NCBI GenBank assembly: GCA_030141605.1
Contig: JAQGDQ010000279.1
Span: 240,014 to 304,013 of the forward strand
Length of the DNA: 64,000 nucleotides
Direction: 5' to 3'
Source: Tubiluchus corallicola
Taxonomy: Eukaryota > Animalia > Priapulida
The translations under genes and the position numbers were made by a program. Below are positions 1 through 13,823 of this stretch, piece after piece (within the stretch, counting starts at the first letter, position 1; each line of letters starts with the position of its first letter). The notes below the pieces were generated by a model, which saw only the letters and a program-made list of their open reading frames with translations, was not told where the DNA came from and made no database searches.

Positions 1-299
1 GCCGTCCGTTTTTAGTTTCAAGACCTTCAGACGTATTATAAACACCATCACCAAATCATTGGTCACTTCAAGAAATTCTTATACGCCTCCATTAGCATTC
101 TTTTAATACGCAGTGACAGTTTACGTAGAGTGTAGTGCTTCTTTCCTGCCTCAAACTCGAAGTACTTTTGAGCTTTAAATCAACAAAATAAACATTTTTT
201 TTCATTTCTTTTGGCAAGTCGTCTTTCAACAAAACTTGGGTGTCGAACTACTGTAGAAGTGGGCTACCAGGGGTGGTTGCTAATCAGAAGACCACGCTT

Positions 300-470
300 T
301 TCAGGGGCATCTCATCAAACATCAGAAAGATATTATTTAAACAAAAGTAATTTACATCTAATAATTCTATAAATTAATCTTTTATTTAAAATTAAAATTG
401 TTGTTGTTTGCGATTTTGACAATTTATTCAGCCTTCGGGGTGAATGTGACTTTTATTGATACACCCTGTA
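300..470 (-). mobile_element. Tc1/mariner-like terminus (partner end outside the window; inner boundary approximate)
   Basis: ACACCCTG|TA is the reverse complement of TA|CAGGGTGT. Confidence 0.4.
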
Positions 471-1348
471 GCTTGTAACTTAATTATGCTAATTAGAGTG
501 TGTTTCTCGCGGTTTATCTAAACTATGTTTATTCAGGTGCGAGTGAAAACATTTCTACAAAATTGAAATGCTGCAGCTATAACCTCGAGGCTAAACAGTT
601 CAAATTAGCCTGTTGTTCCCAGCTTAGTTTACTAGACCTTGTTCTAATCATGAATGCGGTCTCACAAAATTGCAGGATATAATTATATGCTGTTCAAAAG
701 TAAACACTGTTAATAGTACAGCTTTCACTTTTACTTACGTGACTTTATTTTAGGCTTTAAGCAATGCTTGAGAAATCATAAGTAAAATTTTACCTTGCGA
801 AGAAAATTAGAAACGCGGTTAAAATTTCCCTCTATTACACAAGCTCTCCTTGATCATCTCATTCTCATTTGTTTCAGAATAATACTAAGTACTGTTGAAC
901 ATATTTTAGTTATTAAAATACTGCAAAAGTTCTGAGTTCTGGGAAATGCACAGTCTCTTTATTTTATTTACTGCTACCATTACCACCGCCACGGCCCCTA
1001 CCAGCACCACCACCAACCCCCGCATCAACACCACCACCACCACCACTTACTGAATGTTGTATTTACTGTGTCGGAGACGATCACGGTTATCCCTGCTTAG
1101 CTGGTATTACTGGTTTTATAAAAAGTGTCGGTTAAATGACAAAGGGTGAGACAGAGTGAGCTTCCGGATTATTATTATCTCACGCTTAACTCAATTGTAA
1201 CAATTGTTAATGCAGACTTTACTTCCTAGATGTTAGGCAACCTGGCTAATGATCATTATTCAATGCAGGATGATGTTTATTTTAAAATACATATTTACAT
1301 AAATGGGCCTTTATCTGCAGGCAAAGTTTTAACTTCAGTATAGTTCAT

Positions 1349-1365
1349 CTCTCTCTCTCTTTCTC

Positions 1366-1430
<65 letters not shown>
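1349..1430. repeat. Compound (CT)n(TA)n microsatellite
   Basis: Read directly; a similar compound repeat lies at 28959-29000. Confidence 0.95.
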
Positions 1431-1432
<2 letters not shown>

Positions 1433-2129
1433 CGCTGATACGTTAGTGACACGTTATTAAATATATAGCTAAAACAAGGTTACTAAGACTGTCAAAAATT
1501 AGAACCAGAAGAATGCATTTGTGTCGCTATTAAAATTATGACGCACAAGCCAAATCGCTAATTAACGTCGAGGCGATATGTATTATAGTAATTATAGAGA
1601 ACATTTGCATCTGTGTGAGCACTTGTATATCTCGTTTGTATATGAGCTATATCATTGAAATTCACTATATCAACAATATGAACCAATTTTTTCAAATCAA
1701 GTAAACATTTAGATATGACGACATTATGTAAATAATAAAACTTTCTTTTACAATATTTACAATTGCTTCAATTAAAGATTTCTTTCCTAGAATGTAGATG
1801 TTAGAAATGGTCTTTAAGATCAAGCTTTATATTGTTCAAACAGGTACATACCTGATCAATATGTGTATGGCAATATGTGTATCGCAATCCTGATTTGAAA
1901 ATGATGCCAGAATCATTGAGTATGAAATTGACGAATGAACTGACCATTGTTTATTTTGTTGCCATGTTTGTAAACAATTTGCCTAGCTGTTGGATTTGCG
2001 ACTATAATCGTATTGTGCGTAGTTGCTTCCTAGCTGGCATGGGGTGAACGTTTCGTGGTCTGTGTAGTTTTTTACCGCTGACTTTGATCAACTTTAACAC
2101 TTTTCAAAATAACGTTGGGTCCGTTTTCT

Positions 2130-2250
2130 GTCTGTGAAGTTGTGAGTTCGCGACCGGGTCATACGAAAGACTGAAAAGGCTACCTGCTTTAGTGTACCTG
2201 CTACCCCTGCCTGGCACGTGATATTTAGGGTAAAATCGGGGTAATAATAA
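2130..2250 (+). mobile_element. tRNA-derived SINE fragment (Meta-domain-like core)
   Basis: B-box-like GAGTTCG followed by GGGTCATACGAAAGACT...CCCCTGCCTGGCACG, recalled as typical of metazoan SINE cores. Confidence 0.45.
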
Positions 2251-3199
2251 TCTCTGTTTTGTAGTTGTTCATTGCTATTTACAGTCGGTGAGAAGCTCTT
2301 TGAGCTTATTTTAATTGTTAATACAAAGACCGACTTTAAACAAAGATTATTATTATTATAATTACAAAATTACTGTCGACACCTGCACGATTTATACTTA
2401 GTAAATATTACAAAGTACTGCAGAATATGCCCACACAGTATTGTGTTCGCCTGTCTAGGATCCTAGGCGTAAAAGTTAGCCTGTCTTGCTTACTTTTTAC
2501 ATCTCGCATATGAAAGTTCTAATGAGTTTACAAATCAGTTAGAAATCCAGACCTGTCGGACTCGACACCTCAATGTGTTTCTTATAGCTGCAGATAAAAC
2601 AAGCTGTATCGAGGGAGACTGTCAGTCTGCCAGACACCTATGAGGCTGAACTAATTGTGATAAAAATACCCTTTATCTGTTGTCAAAATGTAATGTTTTT
2701 GTCTTGCTGTACGTTTTGCATATCTCTGCTTTGAACGTTTATTATTTGAGACGGCTCCTTGTAGGTTTATCTGGCGTGAATAAGTGTCTAATTACATTAT
2801 TCTACACTCCATTGCTTGCATGCTCACGCTAATGGGTGTTTAGGCATCCACAATTACATGCTCATAGGATTCATACTTCCATTGATATTTTATTCCTCTT
2901 TGTTATTATCCCGCAATAACAAAACCCTTGTATGTACACCTCTTAAATGAGTTGCTTTTTCGGTACAGAAAATAATTTAGTCGAGCATTTTTACACGCAT
3001 GTACGTGTAAACACTGCTTTTGCTTATACGTATATAATCTAAATTATACAAGCGTTGTATAGTTTCTTTACAAAAGTTTAAAGAGTTTCTGTCAATCTGT
3101 GTAAAATATGTCGTTCATTCTGACAATTATAAGATTGGGACAAGTGATGCATATTGTGATCAATAATAGCAGTAATTAGTGAGAACTGACTGAACTTCT

Positions 3200-3420
3200 A
3201 CATAAACCATGATATCCGTGGTTGTTGTAGAATTTATCTGCGCTTATGCTTAGGCCACACGGTCTTTCAAAACACCGATATTCAAAACACTGAACTCATA
3301 CGATAAGTTTTTACTGACTTAGCGAAAGCGAAATCAAAGGAAAAAAACTTCGACAAAGAAATGAAACAAAACGTTATTATCAAGAATTTCAGGAATTAAA
3401 AACAGAAAGCAAATGAATGT
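3200..3420 (+). pseudogene. Degraded hAT transposase C-terminal (dimerization) remnant
   Basis: Frameshifted fragments CRIYL, ATRSFK, LTDLA and EFQELK fall in the order of the hAT RIYL..ERSFS..RLxDLA..EF motifs. Confidence 0.35.
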
Positions 3421-4964
3421 TTAAATGTTATTCCGCGTGCATTATTATTGACTGTTCATTCCGAGAAAGACCAACTTGATATCATCAAACTTGAATGACC
3501 TTCAAATTTCACTGTCATTTTCGGCGTTCACACGCTTCTGCAACACTGACAACCTCGAGAATGGACGGCCTATTATATTCTCTTGCGTGGAATGGAAACT
3601 CAATTAATAAGCATTTAAGCAACAGTTAATTATTTAACCATTGACAATTGTGGTAATTATGATCGATTGTTTAATTTGAAAGTCATTTCGGTCCTTTGTA
3701 CTTAAAAATTAAATTGTAGAAAATAGATATTCAGTTCTCACTACGGGTAAATTCTTGCCGATTGTAAATGACGATTATTATAGATTTATTCTACTATAAA
3801 CGCTGACGTTGTGCATAATAGCAAACTGCTGCTTGTTGCAGTTGCGCAGTTATAAAAATGGGAAATAAAATGGCGATGATTGCGTATCATGCATTTTCCC
3901 CTGTCTGCTATTGATCTGACAATACTTGGCTTCCATTACATGTGTGTAAATGACTCACACCAGCACAGGAGAGGAGGCTAAACTATAGAGTCTCTGCGTG
4001 GTCACTGGCTTCATGTATATATATGTTTTATGGGTGAATCATGTCACTGTACAGACACCCTAGTAGTGTGGACAGGCGATTCAGCCAGGGTTGTCAAAGC
4101 TGCTAACCCGCCGTTTGAGGGGAGGTCAATGTTAGGACATGCCCTACTGGAGAGGATACTCGTGTGCCTGCGTTGGAGGGGAGGGTATAGTCCGTAAGTA
4201 GAATAATCAAAAATTTCTCTTAATAGGTTTGATAACGCATAGGTTTGATTATGCAGCAGAGGTGTAAATTGCGCTTGAGGTGCGAGCATTACAGATTTGC
4301 TGGGTTCTTCCTGTAATTGTTAATGCCAGATGTAAACACTGTATGTATTGTTATCGGTAGGCTATTTAAAATTAGCTAGATCTCTGTCATATTTCATTAT
4401 TTGTAATAGAGATATATCATACATACATAACACGTTTAATGGTTGCACGTTAATGTCTCTGCAGTGTATTTTGGTGAAAACGTTTGGTGGAGTAATCGAT
4501 ACCTGGGAAAGGTGGAATATTGCATCACGGCGCTGTACATTGATTTACCTGAAGTGCTAATTATTATTGAACAAACGAGCATATGTCGCAATGCCTGCGT
4601 GACAGTCATATTGTAGTCATAGTGACAGTCATAGTGATACACACTTGTATACATAACTAACTACTAGACATTCATTACCTGCGTGCCTTACTGTGATACT
4701 ATGATAACATACCTGCATTGACAGGATGTACAGTACACAACCGTGAAGCCATTAAGAAGTACATCAACTTCATGATCCCTTAGCGCCTAACCCCTAGGTT
4801 ATAAAGGCAGAGCAGAAATTCGTGGGTAGCAGGTTCGTGTCTTAGTTTGGCGTAATTTTGTTCATTCTGGCAAGCGTTGAACGAATTTTGTTTTCTTCTC
4901 TGCGCGAGAATTGGCGAAAGGTGTTAATAAAAATGTACGGCATATTAATTCAGAAATAATTAAC

Positions 4965-5165
4965 TGTGGTGTTGTTGGTGGCGTTGGCAATAATTGCAGC
5001 AGTGATGCTGATGCTGACGATGATGGTGGTGGGTGGTGGTGGTTTTGGCGATGACAATCGTACCGATGGATGTGGTAGTAGTAGTGATGCTGATACCAGA
5101 CTGGTGATGGTAATCGTCATGGTGTAGCGGTGGTGGTAATAATGGAAGTAGTGGATGTGATGACG
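4965..5165. repeat. Degenerate (GGT/GAT)n trinucleotide tract
   Basis: Read directly; a similar (CAC)n tract lies at 975-1050. Confidence 0.8.
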
Positions 5166-8100
5166 CTTTATTTGTAAGCAACAGACCTGACTTGAAATTC
5201 CAGTTGTAAGACATTTTTTAAAAATTTTGGGGTTTCTTTCTTTATGAAACAAGTACTCTAAACTGCATGCGAATCACACATGCATGCATACAGTCAAGAT
5301 TTTGTAAGATTTATTACCAATAGGAGACAAAACACTTCCTTGTCTAATACAAGCAGAAAACAGCTATAATGTAAAATTTATGGGATCTAAAGTGCTGAAT
5401 CATTTTCTTTGGGTGAGTAACATCAGTGTATCATTGGCGTAAACTGTTAAGCGATCAAAATATGCAGTAAAATTCCTCGTAAGTTTTGTCTGGTCGTCAA
5501 TTTCTTTGCTGTGAGTTGATTTATTAACTATGCATTGTGAGCATGGCATGCATAGTTGTGTGTTAGGCTTTTAAAAATTTATACACACGATTATTCGATA
5601 CCTAATAGGTATATGTATAACCAGAGGAGCCACTTTCTAACACGTCTGTGTTCTTGATTTTTTTTTGCTCGTGAACATAATTTAACCACATCTTGGTAGC
5701 TTGAAGTAAACTTATTGCAAATTCTTTAAATAAATTAGAATAGCTATTTATGTTTATAAATAGTCTTTAAGAAATACTTAAAATACTACCATTTTATTTG
5801 ATTGCAAACCAAATTAGTTCCTGAAAAGCAGATTTTTTACTAAATCTTGAAGTAAAATTGACATATTTATTCAGATATACATGTACATTTGTGCTAAATC
5901 TAAACCTATTTGAATATAATTATCTTTATTATATAGATTAAAATTCTACATGAGCGATTGGGTATATCCTGTTAAACTTTGTATTTCGATTTGTCGTTAA
6001 TTTTGATAATCTAATAATTTAATTGTATCACATTTTAATTAATTTTTTTATTTCGATTCGGTTTTTGCCTTCGTCGGTCACATGGTCACAGGTCATTCAT
6101 CACCTAGTTTAGTCCATGGTCAGCCATAATATCCTGCTGACCTAAAAGGTGCTCTAATTAGATAGGTAACAAATTTGGAACGATGGGTGCTTAAATCACA
6201 CGGTGCTTATCTGACCTTCTCTAACTCTACATGTGTGAGATAATTGCTGATTGTCTTGTCACCCTTATTGTTTACCTTAATCCATACCTGTCAGGTGTAC
6301 TGGTGTGGCAACAGTCTCACCTGTGTGGCATATTTATTATTTATTTAGTGCGTGGTAGAACAGCCAGCTTGTTCGTCAGTTGAAATTATTTTTATTTTTA
6401 CAAGCGTTTCGTGCGTGAAGGTTGAAATTTTAACTCGCCTGTTAAATTAATTAATGTTGTTTTGTGCAGCTTCTGTAGGCACTGTAGTAAGCTTTGTATT
6501 ACATTTTAATGCATTAAAGCATTATACACAACCGTACTTGTAATGTCGTTTAATTAATGTTAAAGTAATCCAACAGCTTTTTTAATTTTTGAAAGAAAAA
6601 TCGTTAAAAGAAGCGGAAAATGGACCTAGATAGATTTGTAAGGACAAAATTAATGTAAGATCGAAATCAGTTTTAAAAATCAATATAATTGATTAGTCAT
6701 TACGTGAGTTTGAGTAAGCTCTTCGACATGATGCAACGATTGGGATACTATTGTTGAACCTGAGTGGTCTAATGATTTTTGAGCTTCTAACTTCAATGTT
6801 TCCTGGATCAAATTTATAACTATAGGTTTTGATTTTTCACGTTTTCTTCCTTTGCCATATATAAGTTGAAAAACTCGACAATAATGTGTTTTTTTATGTT
6901 ATCGTTTACTTTAAAATTTAGCTAACACTTCGCGCAGATCTGATTTCTTTACGAGCAATCAAGCATTCTTTACGAGTGACTGCCATGCTTTTTTGCTTTG
7001 TAATCGAGACTTGGAAATACAAATTTCTTTCTCTACAAACAGCGCACTATAGTACAGCAGACTCATATAAATATTATGTAAGTTACAATCTTAATGTTAA
7101 TGTTTTTTGCGTTTTAGAAATGCATTTCTGTCAAAGTATGTACCATTTGACGTTTTTGTTGTTTTTTATCATAACATTTGCTCTGCTTACTAACGTAAGT
7201 GCTAGTGAATCCATAGAAAAACATTATATCGCTTATGTTCGTTATAATTTTTACACTTTAAACGGCACGTGATAGATATGTAAAGTTTCATATGGTTCCA
7301 TCTATTTACTTTATTATCTTGTTTAAAAAATGTTGATTTTCTCACAGCAGGGCTACATACGTGTACGTAAGTCGTATAAATGCGTGTTTAACCGTATCAT
7401 CGTGCTTTTAATGCTCTGCATCAAGCAAAGATTTCGCTCATATAGCAAGAACTTACATTTGAACTTTGTATCAACACTATCAGCGGTCTGACGTTGAATA
7501 AAGTTAATTAAAATACATTATTCATGCAATATGCTGCAAGCTTGCTGTTCTTGGGTTATAAATGTTCCATAATTCTCGCAGCCACCATTAGTTTTTAATG
7601 CTACATGAATTGATGCAGTGAACTGGTTGAGCCGACATAAATCGTGCAGATATTATATTAAACGGCTTTATTAATTACCCTGGACCCTCTGTTATTATGA
7701 TTCACTTATACAGCTGACGTGATGGTGAAGTTTCGCGACCTCTGAACTTGCCTGCAAGTTTAGAAGAAAATTCTCTCTAAAGTTGGTTTTAAGGGGGAAC
7801 ATGCTGCAGTGTAATCCAAAGGCTGCTGGCTCAAATGAATCCTACTCCGTCATGACTTTTCACGTTACTTTTTTCAGTTAAATTATAAACTTAGTAACTG
7901 TATGGTATTGGTTACATTTCAATTCTTACCATATATACCATATAAGCAAGGTGTGCTTTTCTGGTTTTTGAACTTTTACTGTACTGTTCTTAGCGATGTT
8001 TTACAATTTATTGATCCTTTTTCGATTTACAACGCAACGTATGCTCGACTTAAGACGCTTTTTAATTTTCTAAAAACTAATATTTTACCTAAAATCATTA

Positions 8101-9032
8101 TCAGCAAGGTTTGAGCAACTTTTAGGCTGTTTTTGTCTAGTATCTACTTCATAAAGTGATGGATGAACATAAACTAACAATGCATTGTACTCTATGTTAT
8201 CTCTCTGTGTGTGTTGTTAGAACCTTAATTTTTACACATCCGTTTTATTGTGGGCGTTTTCAAGGAAATTGTAGATTTTGGTATTTAAGGAAAGGTATCT
8301 GCTTAGCAACTGCAGATAAGCAACAATAAACTTGATTAGTAAACGGATGAGCGACCACTGTAATTTCAGCTGTATTAAAACACTCATCAGCACTATTTCT
8401 AGTTGTCTGCCACGTTATAGACTTCAGCGCATCACTGCCAGAAAGCGCCGGCATGGATTTAGCTGGAAAAGAAATATCGTTTTGGTGAAAATGTAAAGTA
8501 CATTACATTATCACCTCAATCTCGAACGTTTGATTATCTCTGCTTTTTGCCACTGCTCATTAGATAACTTCAGTGATTCCAATTCATTCTATTCACTCAA
8601 GTAAGGGAGAAGCACTCGCATTATTGTTTAGTTAAAAATTGATATTTACTGTCCATTCCCAAGTGCTTTAAAAAAACATGTAGCTTGAATTTTGTGTGTC
8701 TACTCTCTAAGGTCTCCGTAAGTTCAAATGCCAGAACTCCTTTGACTTGCTTCCCTGTAACCTGATGTTTTGTAGCGATTTAGCAGCCCGCCGTAAACAC
8801 GAATCTCTTATTTATGCAAGCTTTAGTGCGATTGCTACCACATTTCAATTTGGGGGGATTGGGCTAGTAGGATTGGTAGCAGCTGGCTGGCTGCTGTGTA
8901 AGCCCTGCTGTGGTCCTTGTGTTGTTACTGGCTTTTGCAGACACCTATAGAAACGCTACATTCTGGGTCAGCTCTTGTGTTGTGTGCTGGTCTATTCTCA
9001 TTTCCTGAAGTGGATACTTGTGGCGGCTTTGC

Positions 9033-9342
9033 TCAGTCGGCTGTGCTGGAGAACTTTCCTTTTGCAGTTTCTTACACGCAGCTTTGCGGTTATTCAGCTT
9101 AAAAACTGGGAGTTAGTAATTTAGTGGTTTAGCGTGTAACAATGGCTTTGCTATAACGAGGTTATGTGTTATTTGTGACGGAATGAAAATATTCGGCGCA
9201 AATGTTGTTATTTATAAGTTTCGTCAGACAAAGCGGTTGTGAATTTTAGGCGTGGAAGCCTTGACAGTAGTAGGCTTTTGTCTGGGAAAATGTTCATTGA
9301 ACAGTGTGTAATACTTTTGGGAGAACAATTTTACTAAATTAG
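9033..9342 (+). other. Candidate non-coding 5'UTR first exon of ARHGAP32/33-like
   Basis: Initiator-like TCAGTC at ~9033 and donor AG|GTAAAT at 9343; no ORF reaches the donor. Confidence 0.25.
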
Positions 9343-10083
9343 GTAAATGGGTTGTTTATGCTTGTGCACGCCCGTGAATATAAATTCCTCGGTTCATGAT
9401 GATTTGTTCAAAACGTGATAATCAAGTGTTCAAGGCGAAGATTTCCAAGGAAAGGTTTGAATAAGTTTAAATAGGATAATGGCGAAAAGCTCTGATGCAC
9501 ATTAGTAACTTTCAAAGATTCAGTGCCGGAAATCTTTTCATCTTTTTGGATGTTTCCTGTTTAAATTACCGGCATAGAGTTAAAAAATTTCGTTCAGCCT
9601 TCTTTCACAGTGCAAAATTTGCTCCCAAAATTCCATACTACGCCAATGTATACCATCTATTGCTGGTATGCAAACAATGACACAGTTCTGAGCTGTCATT
9701 TATTAGACCATTAGACCACTCTACTGTTTATAGTTTAATGCAGTCATTGCCATTTGTTGTTTACTTCGCATAATCGGCATGTTAAACGTCTTTTCATTTG
9801 AATGTCGTTTTCTAATTTTCGGTCAATACCAACCGTATTTTATCGCTTTGAAATTAAGTTATCTTACCTTTCTCTTGTTGTGCACTATACAATAGTGATC
9901 TACCTGTTTTGTAATGACTGATGTGGCAGTTATTCTCGAGACTCTAATTTTTTTAGCAGATTTGTATCAGTTAATATTTGTGTGTGCCAGGAGAGCTCCA
10001 TGTTTCACTAGTGTGCATAAAGAATACTGGAATTATTTACTGTTATAAATTCAATTTGCTGTAAGTTAGTGTTTTGTTCTTAA

Positions 10084-10588
10084 AGGGAAAGCCAAGTCTT
10101 GTGGAAAATTATGCGTACTTCATTGTACGTGAAAAATGTTAGAAGCATTATAGCAATAAAAGTGCGATTGTACCTCATGTAATTAGTAACTTTAAAGTCG
10201 AAAGAATTTCACGATCTCGCGTTCCCATCTTGAACGCCTATTATCCACCTGTGCACTGTCAATTTCCGCCAAAAGTATAACAGGTTTTTACAAAAATAGA
10301 TACTATTGTTTTACTCAAAGAATAGGTAAGTTTCAGAAATTTAAATTAATTTAAGCAGTGCGCGCTTAAGAAAACTCACAGTGCGTTTATACGAAAAGTC
10401 CACCAGTTATGCCACAATTTTCGAGTGAATGGCGGCCACCACCTCGCCTGACAATTTCTGTACAACTGTAGTATAAATTAACTTCATGCTTCATAGACAG
10501 TTTTTTGCAAATTTCATTGTTATATTTTTCTAAGTTTATGTGGTAACAGTAAAATAAACCCAACATGCCTAGTGACTTGTCATTTCCT
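10084..10588. mobile_element. Kolobok-like MITE
   Basis: TTAA|AGGGAAAGCCAAGTC...GACTTGTCATTTCCT|TTAA; TIRs match at 12/15 positions. Confidence 0.65.
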
Positions 10589-11809
10589 TTAATATCATCT
10601 TAGAAGCGCGAGTTCACACTTTACAATTCTTCGAAAGGCTTTCTTTGAGCACTTGTCCAAACTGCATGACTACATCTAACAACTGTATCTTTGCTTAAGT
10701 GAAAAAACTCCTATTGTAGCTTCAAAGTTTCCATAGTTTTACTCGGATCCTTCCGGGATCAGTGTCTGCTCCTATTACAGGAAAATCAACAGAACTTTTG
10801 TCACAAATTGAACATTTCTTTATATCCCCAATTTACCAAGTTTTAGCAAAGGCATCAACACCCATTACTCAGGTGTCAATTTTTAATTTGTTAAGGTTAC
10901 TGCAAAAAGGAATAATTATTAACTGCGTGAATTATAAGTGAATGTGCTGTGTGGAGATCATGCTCTTAGCGCCACGTGTTTTACCAATAACTGCATCAAC
11001 TTGTCAGCCATGGACAAGCAGTACCAAGCCGTTATCACGCTTACTACCCAAAGGATTCACCTATTCACTAAAACTAGTACATGTATTTCTTAACTCTGGA
11101 GGCAAATTTTGTTCCCAATTCTAAGTGAAGCGCACAAACGTAATGACAGACTATAATGAATACATCCGTTGTCTGATTGCTAGTGTTGATTGATACTCCC
11201 TAACTTATCCAACTACTTGCTTTATACAGGGTGACTTAACTGTGGCAAGTTATTTTCAGTTTAGCCGCGAGACTACGATGGTTCAACAGCTTAAGGGAAG
11301 ACCGCAGCAAATGACAGATTATAATGAGAGCATCCGTTGTCTGATTGTTGTTGCAAGCTCAGTAACATTTCCGTCCTCCTCTTAATCACTACCCTCCCGT
11401 CTCCACGGTCACCAGATAAATGTATTTGTTTAGCGCACGATGTCAGTAGTACAGTGAGACTTGATGAGTCCCGCTTGTGATTAATTTTGTCCTTGACATG
11501 CGCAGTTTAACTGCAATCATTTAGTCATCACCGGCTGGTATATTTGCTAATAAGTCATGATTAATTACGGAACGATCATTCCTGTAATATTTGTTGACAG
11601 AATCCCCCGGGAATGAAGGACGGTGTATATAGTTATAACGTTAGATTTACTCGATCGTGATACAACTGAATTTTTTACTATTATTTTCCTCAAAATACAT
11701 TGTATAATGGAAAACGTAGAAAGTATTACAGTGTTCAAAAAAACCTCTGGGGGGAAAAAGTAATATTTCAGGAGCAGTGATAAATTATTTTCAAGAAATA
11801 ACATTGTAA

Positions 11810-12851
11810 GGGTTTAACTCAGTTTCCCAGAAAACTTTTTTCACATTCTCACCATCCTCCTGGTAGATTTTCATCTGTCAGCCGGCGAACACTTGATAAC
11901 AGTTGTGTTCGCCATGAGTTACTTGAGCAAAAAGTACTTCAGTGACTTGCTTGGTCTATCCTGAAGGATTTGGTCCACAGCTCCTTATTTGAATATTCGG
12001 AGCACCCTGGTTCGTGAGCCAGGGGTCCCCCATCCGCCACCCGGGGGATGCGCCCGGTAGGGGTTTCACAGAAAAAACATTTCCCAGAAAAATCACTTCA
12101 TGGAAAAAAATTTGCCAGAAATTTTTTCCCAGAAACCATTTATCCCAGAAAACATTTTTCCTAGAAAACCCGTTTCGCAGAAAAAGTATTTCCCAGAAAT
12201 AGTTTTTAACAGAAAAATCGCTGTTTCGTTTTTAATTCGGTTTCTTTTTTCCGCTTACCTTTCCCTCTCTCTCTCCCCTGTCTGTTTCCCGTCTTTTATG
12301 GCAGGACCGGATTCTAGTTCATTTGTAAAACAGTCCTCTGAGAAGAAATATTGTACTGGTAAAGGGTCATAGTCACAGTCAGATGCATGTACATCCTCCC
12401 GGAATCAGCGAAATAATTCGGCATAGCAGTGAAAGGAACTGCCTAAAGTGAGGTTCTTAAACAGTCACCCAACTAATCGGCTGTCAGGCTCAACATTGCT
12501 TCACTTTGGAACGCCGTGATTACTCAGTATTGCGTAGATGCAAAAATTCGCCACATAACCGTTCTTGCCTTAACTAGTTGACCAAATTTTTTTACCATAT
12601 AATCTGTATTAATCAGCACACGTAGTTAAAATAAACTACTCTTTATTTCGCATCATTTACCTGCGTTTTAAAGAGAATTTATTTCATTTTCTGTGAAATG
12701 ATGGTTCTGGGGAAAAAATCTCTGCGAAATGGTTATTCTGGGAAAAACTTCTCTGGTAAGTAAATTTTTTTGACAAAAAAGTTTTCTGCAAAGTTGTTTG
12801 GAGGGGAATTATTTTCTGGCAAAAAAACTTCTCTAGGAAACGAGTCTACCC
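11810..12851. mobile_element. Foldback-like element with inverted arrays of ~15-bp TTTCCCAGAAA subrepeats; left arm interrupted by an insert
   Basis: Left-arm units at 11822-11845 and 12064-12210 mirror TTCTGGGAAA units at 12688-12851; termini GGGTTTAACTCAGTTTCC and GGAAACGAGTCTACCC. Confidence 0.65.
11846..12063 (-). ncRNA. GC-rich structured RNA-like insert (pseudoknot plus hairpins); candidate retroelement-associated ribozyme or 5'UTR module
   Basis: Stems CCCC/GGGG, CCGGG/CCCGG, CAUCC/GGAUG, CCCUGG/CCAGGG, GCUCC/GGAGC and GGCGAACAC/GUGUUCGCC; flanked by TTTCACA direct repeats. Confidence 0.5.
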
Positions 12852-13823
12852 CAAGTCAAATCCATCTGTTCTACTTGTTACATTGACAAAAAAGCCCGCA
12901 GTTAACTTCGAAATGTCTCTTCTCGAACTTGTTTTGAAAAAAATAAAATTCCATCCGCGTACCCGTCCATTGCGTAGGTTTTATGGATGCCAAATCTATC
13001 AAAGCTAAGTAGTTCCAAAATCTTTGTTTCCAAAATCACTATAGTGCAACTCGGATTTTTGCCATTTCTTGTGCCTGATAAGAGACTCGCGTTTCATTCC
13101 CTAGAACTTTCTTGCATGTCAGTAGTCATAGAGGTTGATTCTCTGCCATTAATCAGATCTGTGCTAATGGTTTTTAGGTTACCTGATTATCATCGTCATT
13201 ACCTTTCACCTGCCTATTTTGGCTGCATCTAATGAGTATAATCCAATCTGCCAGTTTTGCAACTCGCTTCTATTACCTGTCATTTCATCATCGGTTGGCA
13301 TGAAATTTGATGACTTCTAAGTACCTTGCGTGGTTTCTATAAGGACTCTCGTAGAATAAATTAGCCCACTTCATGTTTGACTTCGCTTAATTTTTATTAA
13401 GAGTTTTTTCGGTTTTAGAGGCGAGGTGATATCCCGTGATAAGGACGCTTCGCACACGAGAAGATAAATTTCGCACAGCCTGCGTTTATTGCAGTGCATT
13501 GAACTCTTATTAATTATCGTTCATTGTGTCAACAGCTGTTGATGATTATGCTTATGAATGATAACTTGCTAGGCGTTTTACTAAAATAATTTGGCAGGTT
13601 ATTCATTTACCTCAGCTGTACTGTACAGACGCTAGGAGATTAAGCTGGCATCCAGACCTGAACGAGACAGAAGGTATCTGACTCTATTGTATGCTCTCAT
13701 GCCTAGATTGATATACACTATCATGGTAGAAAAAGTCTTTAGGCATACGACACTAGGTGCACTGTTAAAACCTCGAAGGGAATCAGTACGTACAGTGGTG
13801 AATTAAGGGTTTCTTGGGTCTAG

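Noticed and set aside
4950-5252. His/Thr/Pro-rich ORFs
   Set aside because: They are translations of a degenerate trinucleotide repeat.
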